64,000 bases of DNA. Origin: an uncultured delta proteobacterium. Its GTDB lineage: Bacteria > Desulfobacterota > Binatia > UBA9968. Location: positions 401,533 through 465,532 of the forward strand of contig CAVYDL010000005.1 in assembly GCA_963767275.1 (NCBI GenBank), in the 5' to 3' direction. Positions 31,220 through 41,113 of the stretch are shown in pieces. Position numbers and translations under genes: made by a program. Under the pieces are notes generated by a model. That model was given only the letters and a program-made list of their open reading frames with translations. It had not been told where the DNA came from and did not search any database. How positions within the stretch are numbered: the first letter of the stretch is position 1; each line of letters begins with the position of its first letter.

Positions 31220-32782
31220 TCATTTGTTGTCGACCGATTTGCTCCCTGGAGTCGGTGCGGAGGTATTGTCTTGAGTCATATCGCCTAAGTATTGAGGTAA
31301 CTCAATACCGGCCATGGCGGCGACGTCGTGCAGCGGTGGCAAACTTTTGATCAGCCCGGCGAGGAAATTGGCTGTCGAACTGCCATCCTTTCCATTGCTG
31401 GTGCCGGAATCCCAAACCGTAACCTTATCGATTTTGATACCTTTAATCGCCTCCACCTGCAGGTGGACGATTTGTTCGATCTTTTCCGTCATTAACAGAG
31501 TTGCCGCGGCTTTCGCGTCGCCGTTGCAGCCACGAACGAGTTCCAGGTAGCCGGCTGCTTTGCTGTCGAGAACCTTGCGGATGCCTTCGGCTTCGGCGTC
31601 GTACTTTAGCAAGATGGCGTCAGCCACGCCCTTGGCTTCGCGCCGGGTCTTCTCGGCTTCGGCTTCGGCGGCAATCTCGATCTTGCGTTTCTCGATCTCC
31701 TGGGGCACTACCTCGGCCGCGGTCAGTCGTTCTTGCTCGGCCTTGGCCTGGGCCTTTTGAATCTCCGCTTCGGCTTCGCGCTTTGCCACCTCGCCACGCT
31801 GTAATGATTCGGCCTGCTTGACGGCTAGTTCGGCGTTGTAGGCGGCAATATTGGCCTTAGCCATGTTCTCACCCGCGATGGCTTGAGCTTCCTGTCCCTG
31901 GATAAAAACCCGCCGGTCGGCTTCCGCCTGTTTTTTGCCCTTTTCCGCTTCGGCGACATTTACCGCTACGCGAATTTCCTTTTCCCGATTGGCGGTGGAT
32001 TCGCCGATGGTTGCCGTTGTCTCTTGCTGCTGGACGAAAATTCGCTGGTCGGCTTCAGCGCTCTTTTTCCCTTTCTCCGATTCGGCGACGTTTTCGGCGA
32101 CACGGATGGTTTTCTCGCGGGTCGCTTCGGCCTCACCGATGGCGCCCTTCTTGTCCTGTTCGGCGACGTCGACCTTGGCCTGGTTGATCGCTTCCGACGC
32201 CGCTTTTTTGCCGATTGAATCGATGTAGCCCGACTCGTCGGTGATGTCCGTAATGTTGACGTTGATCAAGTAGAGACCGATTTTGTTTAGCTCCGGCGCG
32301 ACGTTTTTGCGGATCGACTCGAGGAACGATTCGCGATCCTGGTTGATCTGCTCGATGGTGAGCGAAGCGACGGTCAGGCGGAGCTGGCCAAAGATAATCT
32401 CGCGGGCCATCTCTTCGATCTGGTTTTGGGTCTGATTGAGCAAGCGCTCGGCGGCGGCGGTCATGATCGTCGGATCGGTGCTGATGCCGACGGTAAAAGT
32501 GGAGGGAACATTGATCCGAATATTCTGCAGTGATAACGCCTTCTGGAGTGGAATGGGAATGGTCATCGGCGTTAGGCTCATGTAAGCGTAATCTTGGATC
32601 AGCGGCCAAATCAACGTGCCGCCGCCGTGGATACAATTTGCCGATTGTCCTTGTCCGACCTTGCCGTAAACTACGAGAATCTTATCCGAGGGACACCGTT
32701 TGTAGCGGCTGGCGAGGAAACTGATGGTCGATATGACCAAGATGAGGAGAGCGCCGATGGGGAGAATCCAGAAGTCAAACAT
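31220..32782 (-). CDS. flotillin-like SPFH/band-7 protein (YqiK/FloT-like)
   Basis: N-terminal TM; SPFH domain; long Ala/Glu/Lys-rich coiled-coil with internal EA repeats. Confidence 0.8.
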   Translation of the reverse strand: MFDFWILPIGALLILVISTISFLASRYKRCPSDKILVVYGKVGQGQSANCIHGGGTLIWPLIQDYAYMSLTPMTIPIPLQKALSLQNIRINVPSTFTVGISTDPTIMTAAAERLLNQTQNQIEEMAREIIFGQLRLTVASLTIEQINQDRESFLESIRKNVAPELNKIGLYLINVNITDITDESGYIDSIGKKAASEAINQAKVDVAEQDKKGAIGEAEATREKTIRVAENVAESEKGKKSAEADQRIFVQQQETTATIGESTANREKEIRVAVNVAEAEKGKKQAEADRRVFIQGQEAQAIAGENMAKANIAAYNAELAVKQAESLQRGEVAKREAEAEIQKAQAKAEQERLTAAEVVPQEIEKRKIEIAAEAEAEKTRREAKGVADAILLKYDAEAEGIRKVLDSKAAGYLELVRGCNGDAKAAATLLMTEKIEQIVHLQVEAIKGIKIDKVTVWDSGTSNGKDGSSTANFLAGLIKSLPPLHDVAAMAGIELPQYLGDMTQDNTSAPTPGSKSVDNK

Positions 32783-32794
32783 AGAAATGCCTTT

Positions 32795-33391
32795 CTAGTT
32801 AATTCGCTCAACCACCATAATATTTGCATCGACTCGGACGACACGGATCGGCGTGCCAGTGCGCAGCTCTGACCCATTGCTTTCAATGGCGTCGAATTCC
32901 CGCAGATGGTTTCGGAAATCGATGTTGACGCGTCCGGTGCCGTTTGCCGGAATGGTGAGATAGACGATGCCGGTGCTGCCGACGGCGTCCGCCGTCTGGA
33001 GGTTGCCGCTCGCCTGGAGGCCAGCGGCCCATTGAAAAAGCTTGCCAATGATCCAGACGGCGACCATTCCGGCGATGGCGGCGCCAGCAATGGATAGTGC
33101 CAATCCAGAGCGGCTTTGTCGGTAGAGAGCAAGGCCAACCAGACCGAACATCATTAAAAAGGCGCTGAAGCCGTGCAGAGAAAGGAAGCGGAACCCTACG
33201 TCGGAGTCGACGTGCTGGCCATCGAAATCGATGTCAGTGTCGATGCTGGCGCCAAAATGGCCGCCCATGAATTGGAGGATCAGCTTGACCACGACAAAAA
33301 AGCCGCCGATGAGGGCACAGCCGAGAAACGTATACTCTAGTCCGTTAAAACTGGAAAAGGCGTTTTCCACTGTAGTTCTCCTAAGCAACAA
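32795..33391 (-). CDS. NfeD-like membrane protein (YqiJ-like flotillin partner)
   Basis: Multi-TM N-terminus plus C-terminal OB-fold segment (TGIVYLTIPANGTGRVNI); immediately upstream of the flotillin gene on the same strand. Confidence 0.65.
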   Translation of the reverse strand: MLLRRTTVENAFSSFNGLEYTFLGCALIGGFFVVVKLILQFMGGHFGASIDTDIDFDGQHVDSDVGFRFLSLHGFSAFLMMFGLVGLALYRQSRSGLALSIAGAAIAGMVAVWIIGKLFQWAAGLQASGNLQTADAVGSTGIVYLTIPANGTGRVNIDFRNHLREFDAIESNGSELRTGTPIRVVRVDANIMVVERIN

Positions 33392-33835
33392 TTTCTGAAA
33401 TCACGAGCATGCCGCTTTCGGAATGAGCATTCGTCGACTGCCGAAGCCCTTGTGGCCGCGAGTTTGGGCGCGGATGATCCCTGACCTTATCGCCGCTTAA
33501 CCAGACACGTTTCGCGATTGTACCTGCTTGCAGCTTGGATTGTCTACGGACGAGATGGTAACTGTGTGGCTGCGAAAATAGATAAGGCGGGAAATCAATT
33601 GGAGATCCACTCAAGCGGGTAAGCCATGATTGAGAGCGTGTCTGCGTCTGGCTATCGCCGCAATGCTGACAGCTTATGGGTGATTGGACCGGCATTCCCG
33701 CGATCGGGTGAACCCCGGTAATTGTCCACGGGGAAGTGATCCAACGATTAGGGTGGCAACGGGCGAGGAGGAATCTGCTAGTAACGGATTGAAACGCACA
33801 GAATCGGCTTGAACGATCTGACCAGTCAAATCGTT

Positions 33836-33946
33836 CAAGCCGTTTGCACTCGCGATTCCGCTAGCTACTTCTTGGCCGCGATCGGCACTCCGGGCAGCTT
33901 GGTTTTCTCGTCGTAATACTCTTGAGAAAATTCCGGTTTGCGCCGT
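33836..33946. repeat. Direct repeat copy B (3' end of the intact enoyl-CoA hydratase gene)
   Basis: Matches 31045..31160; preceded by a hairpin ggcttgaacgat...atcgttcaagcc of the GTTCAA family. Confidence 0.85.
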
Positions 33947-34707
33947 TCGGAAAATGCGGCTGAACCTTCGTCGTAGTCTTTGCTGCTGCGCAGGTGGGCG
34001 TAGAATTCCCGGTGCACTTCGAAGCCCTTTTCCCATCCCTGGATCTCGTAGAGAAACTTGTCTTCGATGAACTCGATGGTGTGCTGGGCGATCAGCCGGC
34101 CGTTGCGGTTGATCGTCGTGGCCAGCTCGATGCAGTCGTCCAACAGCTTTTCCGGTTCGCAGATCTTCTGGACCAGACCTAAACGGAACGCCGTGTCGGC
34201 GTCGATCATTTGGCCGCTGAGGGCGAACCAGTAGGCCCAACCGCTGGGCAGCTGGGCGACATAGCTCGGCCACGCCGCCAAATGCGACCAGCGCACCTCG
34301 GAGCAACCGAACTTGGATGCGGGCACGCAATAGCGGATATGGCACGACAACGCCAAGCTAAAGCCGCCGCCGACCGCGTAGCCGTTGATGGCGGCGATGA
34401 TCGGTTTGTGCATCTGCAGCGGGCGCAGACTGGAGTAGCCGCGCGGGCCGGAGCGCGGTCCGGTCATTTCACCTCTGGCGAAGGCGATGTTTTCTTTCAA
34501 ATCGCCGCCGACGCAAAAAGCATCGGCAGTGCCGGTCAGGATAATCGACCAGACATCGTCGTCGGATTTAGCTTTTTGCCAACATTCGTCGAGCGCCCAG
34601 TAGAGGTCGCGGCTGATGGCATTTTTTTTCTCCGGGCGATTGAGCTTGATGATCGCGATATGGGGATCGCGCTTCTCGTAAATACATAGGGGTCCTGCTT
34701 CGGCCAT
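33865..34707 (-). CDS. enoyl-CoA hydratase/isomerase (crotonase family)
   Basis: Motifs AFCVGGDLKE, INGYAVGGG; start MAEAGPL at 34707 with GAGGAGGAA RBS. Confidence 0.85.
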   Translation of the reverse strand: MAEAGPLCIYEKRDPHIAIIKLNRPEKKNAISRDLYWALDECWQKAKSDDDVWSIILTGTADAFCVGGDLKENIAFARGEMTGPRSGPRGYSSLRPLQMHKPIIAAINGYAVGGGFSLALSCHIRYCVPASKFGCSEVRWSHLAAWPSYVAQLPSGWAYWFALSGQMIDADTAFRLGLVQKICEPEKLLDDCIELATTINRNGRLIAQHTIEFIEDKFLYEIQGWEKGFEVHREFYAHLRSSKDYDEGSAAFSERRKPEFSQEYYDEKTKLPGVPIAAKK

Positions 34708-34817
34708 GTGTTCCTCCTCTTGGAAGTGGAAAATTGACAATGGAAAATTGAAAATGTCGGAGCGGTGCTAAGCTTAAGCGGATTCGTTTTCAATTCTCAA
34801 TTTTTAATTTTCAATTG

Positions 34818-36026
34818 TTAATAGAGCACCTTCTCTTCGTCCAATTTTTTGATTTGGTCGTCGCTGAGACCGAGCAAGTTACGAGCGATCTCGTGGGTAT
34901 GCTCGCCCATGAGCGGGGCGACACCGCGGACTTTTCCCGGCGTCAACGACAGGCGCATCGGGACGTTTTCAGTGACGACATCGCCGGCCTCGGGCTCGGT
35001 CATGTTGACGAGAAAACCGGTGGCGGCGTATTGCTTGTCGTTCTTGAACTGGTCTTCGACATCCTGCACCACGGCGGCACAGACGTCGACGCCTTGGACC
35101 AGTTCCATTACTTCGTAGGGATCGTGCTGCAGCGTCCAGTCGGTCACCCACTTGTCGAGCTCGTCTTTGTGGCGCACCCGTTGCCAGTGGGTGGCGAAAT
35201 TGGCGCTGCGCTTGAGCCCTGATTTTTCCACCAGGCCGGCAAAGCGTTCCCACTCGTCCTGCGTATAGGCGGCGATCACGCACCAGCGATCATTGCCTTT
35301 GCATTGGTAGGGTCCGTAGGGCGAGGCGACGAGACTGCGGTTGCCTTCGGGCTGGGGCTCGCGCTTGTTGACGGTGTATTCGAGATAACGCGGTCCGAGC
35401 AGGGCGGCACCGATCTCCTGCTGGGCGTTGTCGATCCACTGGCCGCGGCCGGTCTTTTTTCTTTCCATCAGGGCTAGGACGACGCCGAAGGCGCCGGTGA
35501 CGCCGCCCATGAAGTCGGGATGCTGGGTGCGCGGTTCGGCGGTGGCCGTGGTCGCGCCGGGGTAGTTCCACAAATAAGTCGTCGCCATGGTGTTGCCGAC
35601 GTTGGGACCGTAGGTGAGATCGGTGGCGTGGGGCCCGGAGCAGCCCATGCCTTTGACGCGGATCAAGATCATGCGCGGATTGATCATTTGAAGGTCGGGC
35701 CAATTGAGGCCCCACTTTTCCAAGATGCCCAGCCCGAAATTTTCCACCAGCACGTCGGACTTTTTCACCAACTCTTTGACTAGATCGCGGCCCTTGGCAG
35801 TCTGCATGTTGACCGTGAAAGATTTCTTGCCCCGTTGCAGCTTCATGAAGTCGGGCTTCTTGTTCCACAGCTTGGGATCTTCGCCGCGATGGCCATCGCC
35901 GCGCAGACGGGTCTCGCAGCGGATCACCTCCGCGCCAAATTCACAGAGCACCCGCGCGACAGTGGGGCCGGCGGCGCCGGTGGTAAGTTCGATAACGCGA
36001 ATGCCTTCAAGGGGTAATTGGCTCAT
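34818..36026 (-). CDS. CoA-transferase family III (CaiB/BaiF) protein
   Basis: N-terminal GIRVIELTTGAAGP Rossmann-like motif; interlocked family III architecture. Confidence 0.85.
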   Translation of the reverse strand: MSQLPLEGIRVIELTTGAAGPTVARVLCEFGAEVIRCETRLRGDGHRGEDPKLWNKKPDFMKLQRGKKSFTVNMQTAKGRDLVKELVKKSDVLVENFGLGILEKWGLNWPDLQMINPRMILIRVKGMGCSGPHATDLTYGPNVGNTMATTYLWNYPGATTATAEPRTQHPDFMGGVTGAFGVVLALMERKKTGRGQWIDNAQQEIGAALLGPRYLEYTVNKREPQPEGNRSLVASPYGPYQCKGNDRWCVIAAYTQDEWERFAGLVEKSGLKRSANFATHWQRVRHKDELDKWVTDWTLQHDPYEVMELVQGVDVCAAVVQDVEDQFKNDKQYAATGFLVNMTEPEAGDVVTENVPMRLSLTPGKVRGVAPLMGEHTHEIARNLLGLSDDQIKKLDEEKVLY

Positions 36027-36143
36027 AAAATATTCACCTGCTGGTTAAATGGTTGGAGTGATGGAGTGGTGGATAATGGAGTGTTGGTCGGAACTGGAAC
36101 CCATCACTCCGATACTTCAGTCCTCCAGCTCTCCAATTCTTTT

Positions 36144-37349
36144 TCAGATCACTCCCTCGGCTTGCAGGGCGACCAGGTCGTCCGTGGTCATGCCGAGATC
36201 GCCGATGTAGATGTCCCGGTTATGCTCGCCCAAGAGCGGCGCGGGGCGGAAGATGCCGCCGGGTGTTTCCATCAGCAGCGGCACCGGGCCGAATTGTTTA
36301 TATTTGCCGACTACCGGATGCTCCATGTCGACAAACAAGCCGCGCGCCTTGGTCTGTTCCATCTCGACGAATTCGCCGGCGGTATTGATCGGGGTAACGG
36401 CGATGCGGCGCTTTTGGCCTTCTTCGTAAAGTTCTTCCTTGGTATAGCGCGCGCAGAACTCGGCGACGGCGCCGACGACGATTTCCGGGTGTTTACGCCG
36501 GTACGCCATCTTTTCGAATTCCGGGCCGGAGATCGACGGCGGGCTGCCCATCCACTCGACCAGGCGGCGCCATTGTTCGACGGGTATGATAAAAATGCGC
36601 GCGTAGCCGTTCTTGGTTTTGTAAGGATCGTAGAGGTCGGTCTCTTCGCCCTTGCGCGACGCGCGCGCCGGTTTGTCGCCGGTGTAACCGTAGTTGGGAA
36701 TAAAATAGCCGGCGATATGGCCGCCGCATTCATGCATCGATACGTCGATATGCTGGCCCTTGCCGCTGTCGAGGCGGTGGTACAGCGCCACGGCGATGCC
36801 GAAGGCGCCATAGGTCGACGCCATGCCGTAAGCGATCTCACCCGGCGGCTGCAGCGGCGGCTCTCCCGGTTCGCCGGCGAGATAGAGCAAGTTGCCCAGC
36901 GCGATGCCGGCCATGTCGTTGGCTTTGTAGTCTTTCCATGGGCCGTTTTGGCCGAAGGGCGTGATCGAAGCGACGATCAATGCCGGATTGACCGCGCTCA
37001 GATCCTGATAAGTCAGCGCCAATTCCTTGGCGCGCGCCGGCCGATAGGTTTCGATGATCACATCGGCTTTTTTGCACAGTTCCAGCAGTATCGCCCGGCC
37101 GTCGGGTTTTTCGACGTCGAGGGTAATGCCGCGTTTGTTGGTGTTGAAGTGAAGAAAGTACAGACTCTTTTCCGGATGCGCCTGATCGTCTTTGAACGGC
37201 GGCACGCGGCGCGATTCGTCGCCGCCAGGCGCTTCGATTTTGATCACATCGGCGCCCATGTCGGCCAAGAGCTTGGTGCAGTGCAGACTGAGCGGCCCGC
37301 CTAGGTCGAGCACGCGGTAACCGGTCAACGGTCCTGTTGGTGTTGCCAT
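36144..37349 (-). CDS. CoA-transferase family III (CaiB/BaiF) protein
   Basis: GYRVLDLGGPLS...; tandem paralog of the previous gene. Confidence 0.85.
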   Translation of the reverse strand: MATPTGPLTGYRVLDLGGPLSLHCTKLLADMGADVIKIEAPGGDESRRVPPFKDDQAHPEKSLYFLHFNTNKRGITLDVEKPDGRAILLELCKKADVIIETYRPARAKELALTYQDLSAVNPALIVASITPFGQNGPWKDYKANDMAGIALGNLLYLAGEPGEPPLQPPGEIAYGMASTYGAFGIAVALYHRLDSGKGQHIDVSMHECGGHIAGYFIPNYGYTGDKPARASRKGEETDLYDPYKTKNGYARIFIIPVEQWRRLVEWMGSPPSISGPEFEKMAYRRKHPEIVVGAVAEFCARYTKEELYEEGQKRRIAVTPINTAGEFVEMEQTKARGLFVDMEHPVVGKYKQFGPVPLLMETPGGIFRPAPLLGEHNRDIYIGDLGMTTDDLVALQAEGVI

Positions 37350-37767
37350 GAAGTTCCTCGGAGCGAAATTAAACTTGATTTGCCGAGATTCTTACTTGGA
37401 TGAAAGTAGGGTGTCAAGGCGGCGACCTCGAAGTCTCCGGTTTTGCGTTGCAAGTTTTAGCAATTTTGCTGAAATTTGAATTCATCCAGAGGCATGGCGC
37501 GCGCAAAAACTAATTTGTAAATGCTCTCGGCGCGCTCTGTATTACCACAGTGATAGTTTGCGCGGCGTGGCAGATTTCGCCAATGGTGAGAAGGCCGGTT
37601 TGAACCCGCTCCTTCAACTGTCGAATGTTTCTTGCGCCCCTTGCGTTCTTTGCGGCCATTGTTCTTTTCAGTCGCGGCTTCGGCAGGTTCTGTTCTTCGC
37701 GGTGAAATCTTTTAGGTTTACAAATCGTCGCCGGCTTGATTAGTATCGCAATCATGGAGAGTGAACC

Positions 37768-38775
37768 ATGATCCGTTGTGTCATCGCTTTGGTGTCCTTG
37801 ATTGCAGTTTCATTGCCGGCTTCGGCCCAGACGCTGGCGCAGATCGTCGAAGGGGCCAAAACGGAAAAGGAACTGCTCACCTACGCGACCACCCAGGCGC
37901 CGGTGATGAATCGCTTGGTGCAGGGGTTCAATAAAAAATATCCGTTTGTCAAAGTCGAGTACTATCGCGCCGGCGCGGAAAAGATCGCCCAGCGTTTCGA
38001 CACCGAGGCTGCCGCGGGACGCCACGTTGTCGATGTCGTCAACTTGAGCGGCTCGGAGATGTACTGGACGGCCAAGAAAGGCAACTTCGCGGTTTACGAT
38101 TCGCCGGAAAGAAAAGCGATTCGCCCAAGTTATAAAGACAAGCAGGGTTTGTGGACGGCGCAGTACTCGACCATCGCGGTGATCGGCTACAACCGCAAGC
38201 TGGTGGCGGCGGCCGACGTGCCGAAATCCTATGACGATCTGCTCCTGGCAAAATGGAAAGGCCACATCGGGTTGGATCAAACCGACGACGATTGGTACAT
38301 GGTGCTGGTGCATGTGATGGGCGAGAAGAAAGCGGCGGAGTTCATCCGCGCTTTGGCCAAGCAAAATGTCGAATTTCGCCGCGGCCGCCAGCTGGCGGCG
38401 GAGCTCCTCGCCGCCGGCGAGTGGGCGATGGCGCCGACCATGCGCATCGCCGCCGGCGAAGAGATTCGCCGGAAAGGCGCGCCGGTGGATTGGGTCGCCA
38501 TGGAACCGCTTTTCCCCAATCCGCCCAACGCGCTGGCGCTGGCGCGCCGGGCGCCCCATCCCAACGCCGGCAAGCTGTGGATCGATTACATTCTTTCGAA
38601 AGAAGTTCAGGATTATTACGCCAACGAAGTCGGCGTCAGCGTCGGCCGCGCCGACATAACTCTAGCCAACGAACGGCTGCGCAAGCTGCGCTACGGCGAG
38701 ATCGACTGGCCGGTGTATCTGGAAAAGCTGCAGCACTATCAGAACGAGTGGCGCAAAGTCATGAAGCCTTATTAA
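37768..38775 (+). CDS. ABC-type Fe3+/solute-binding protein family 1 (FbpA/AfuA-like) SBP
   Basis: Signal peptide; motifs YYRAGAEK, HPNAGKLWIDYILSKE. Confidence 0.7.
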   Translation: MIRCVIALVSLIAVSLPASAQTLAQIVEGAKTEKELLTYATTQAPVMNRLVQGFNKKYPFVKVEYYRAGAEKIAQRFDTEAAAGRHVVDVVNLSGSEMYWTAKKGNFAVYDSPERKAIRPSYKDKQGLWTAQYSTIAVIGYNRKLVAAADVPKSYDDLLLAKWKGHIGLDQTDDDWYMVLVHVMGEKKAAEFIRALAKQNVEFRRGRQLAAELLAAGEWAMAPTMRIAAGEEIRRKGAPVDWVAMEPLFPNPPNALALARRAPHPNAGKLWIDYILSKEVQDYYANEVGVSVGRADITLANERLRKLRYGEIDWPVYLEKLQHYQNEWRKVMKPY

Positions 38776-38794
38776 CCTAGTCGGATCATCCACG

Positions 38795-39778
38795 ATGAAA
38801 ACAAAAATTTTGATATTGACCGCTATCGCATTATTTTGCGCCGCGGAATTGGCGCTTGCCGCCGATAAGCTGCGGGTCGCCTACGTCAGTCCGAGCGTCT
38901 CGCAGTCCCTGCCTTGGATTGCCAAGGAGCTGGGCATTCTCGCCAAGCACGATTTGGCCGTGGAAAATCTGTTGATCACCGGCAGCCCGCGTTTGGTCCA
39001 GGCGCTGATCGCCGGCGATGTCGATGTGATTTTCGCCGGCGTGACGGCGATGACCCGCGCGCGCATGCGCGGCGCGGACGTGGCGATACTCGGCGCTTCG
39101 GCGAATCTTTCCAGTCAAAAACTGATGGTGAGCCGCACATCGAAAATTCGCCGCCTCGAAGAAGTTAAGGGCGCGGTCATAGGCGTCTCGCAGTACGGTT
39201 CCGAGGCGGACACCTTCGCGCGCAACGCTCTGGCCAAAGTAAGCTTGAAGCCGGACAAAGACGTGACGATCATTCAGCTCGGCGGCCACCCCCAGGTCGC
39301 CGCCGCCTTGGCGGCGGGGAAACTCGAGGCGGGAATACTCGGCGGTTTGGCAATTCTCACCGCTGAGAGGTCGGGCGCGCGCTTCATCACCAGCGCCGCC
39401 GATCTGAAAATCCTCTCGCCCTCGGGCACCTTCGCCACCACGCGCGGCTATATTCAGCGCAAGCGCAGCGTCGTCGAGCGGCTGACCCGCTCCTTTGTCG
39501 AGGCGATTCACTATTTGAAGACCAATCGCAGCGGCGCGATTGTCTTGCTGCAACGATATCTTGGCGGCTTGAGCGCCGACGAGGCGAGTTATCTCTATGA
39601 CGAACAGGTCGAGTTTTTGGAGCGCATTCCCGGCCCCAATGAGAAAGCGCTCGCCGCGGTGCTCGAACGGGAGAGCGATCCCAAGATCAAGAGCCTGGCC
39701 ATCGGGGATTTTATCGACCCAAGTTTTTTTCGCGAGATTGAAAAGAGCGGATTGATCGAGCAACTGTATCGGAAGTAG
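38795..39778 (+). CDS. NMT1/THI5-like (SsuA/TauA-type) substrate-binding protein
   Basis: Signal peptide; paralog of 41114..42211. Confidence 0.75.
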   Translation: MKTKILILTAIALFCAAELALAADKLRVAYVSPSVSQSLPWIAKELGILAKHDLAVENLLITGSPRLVQALIAGDVDVIFAGVTAMTRARMRGADVAILGASANLSSQKLMVSRTSKIRRLEEVKGAVIGVSQYGSEADTFARNALAKVSLKPDKDVTIIQLGGHPQVAAALAAGKLEAGILGGLAILTAERSGARFITSAADLKILSPSGTFATTRGYIQRKRSVVERLTRSFVEAIHYLKTNRSGAIVLLQRYLGGLSADEASYLYDEQVEFLERIPGPNEKALAAVLERESDPKIKSLAIGDFIDPSFFREIEKSGLIEQLYRK

Positions 39779-39862
39779 GTTTGTCGATCTGGAGAAGTTG
39801 CGGGTCTGTCGGCACAGGGACACAGGACAAGCCGTCGCATTACCGAATGGAGCCGATGATTT

Positions 39863-40918
39863 ATGACTCTACGCAGCTGGAAACTTTCGCAGGGGATTGC
39901 GGCCTTGCTTCTGCTGGTCTGCTGCGATGTTAGCTGGGTCGCCGCACAAGCGCCGTTCTTCGACGGCAAGACGATCCGCTTGCTCGTCGGTTATCCCGCC
40001 GGCACCACCCATGACATCTGGGCCCGAACGGTCACACCCTACCTGAAAAAATATCTCCCCGGCAATCCCGATTTCATCGTTCAGTCGATGGCCGGCGCGG
40101 GCTCCATGGTGGCGGTGAATTATCTCAACGGCGTCGCTAAGCCGGATGGCCTGACGCTGGCGACTTTTAACGCCGCGCTCTATTTCGAACAGTTGATCGG
40201 CCGCAAGGAAGTACAGTTCGACTGGCCCAAGCTCGCCTGGATCGGCAGTTCGACGCCGGCAACACGGCTTTTCTATATCCGCGCCGATCATCCCTTCGCC
40301 ACCATCGCCGATCTGCGCCGGGCCGGCGAGCCGGCGAAATGCGGCACGGCGGGGCGCGGCAACAGCGGCTATATCTTGCCCAAGCTGTTCGAGGAAACTC
40401 TCGGCCTCAAGCTGGCGATCGTTACCGGCTATCCGGGCGGCGGCGAGGTCGACCTGGCGATCGAAAAGGGCGAAGTACAATGCAACTCGACCTCGCTGTC
40501 GGTCTTCTTTGGCCGCGAACCGTTTCACAGCTGGCGCAAAAAAAATTTCGTCCGCGTGTTGATTCAGACCGGCAACAAGCGCGACCCGCGACTCGCCGAC
40601 GTGCCGACGATTTACGAACTCATGGAACAGTATAAGACGCCGGAGGCGAGCCGGCGTTTGACCACGGTATTTCTCGACGCCGGACGCTTTGGTTCCTGGC
40701 CCATCGCCGGGCCGCCGGGGCTTCCGGCCGAACGGATGAAAATGCTGCGCGAGGCTTTTGTCAAAGCGCTGAACGATCCGGCTCTGCTCGCGGAAGCCGC
40801 GAAGAAACAACTGGAGGTCGAAACGATACGCGGCGAGGAGCTTGAGAGCCTGGCCAAGGAAGTGATGGCTCAGCCCCGTGAGGTGGTCGAGCGCTTGAAG
40901 GACTTGCTGCAAAACTGA
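39863..40918 (+). CDS. Bug family (TctC-like) substrate-binding protein
   Basis: Signal peptide; Bug-family fold. Confidence 0.8.
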   Translation: MTLRSWKLSQGIAALLLLVCCDVSWVAAQAPFFDGKTIRLLVGYPAGTTHDIWARTVTPYLKKYLPGNPDFIVQSMAGAGSMVAVNYLNGVAKPDGLTLATFNAALYFEQLIGRKEVQFDWPKLAWIGSSTPATRLFYIRADHPFATIADLRRAGEPAKCGTAGRGNSGYILPKLFEETLGLKLAIVTGYPGGGEVDLAIEKGEVQCNSTSLSVFFGREPFHSWRKKNFVRVLIQTGNKRDPRLADVPTIYELMEQYKTPEASRRLTTVFLDAGRFGSWPIAGPPGLPAERMKMLREAFVKALNDPALLAEAAKKQLEVETIRGEELESLAKEVMAQPREVVERLKDLLQN

Positions 40919-41113
40919 CGGGCGAAGAATTGGCCGCAAAAGCGCAAACGGCGCAAAAAGGAATTCCAAATTGTCAGGGCGAGTTTACAACTGCCATCTT
41001 GGATTGTCCTTGCTGAAGATTCAGTACCACTTGTGCAAGCAGCCGATCTGTTCATGGAGGGTGAGTAAAGCGCGAACGGGTAATTTCTTACTGATGATTT
41101 CGGGACGTCGCCA

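Noticed and set aside
33381-33695. 104-aa minus ORF upstream of nfeD
   Set aside because: Lies in the promoter and leader region with no RBS or domain. It is likely spurious.
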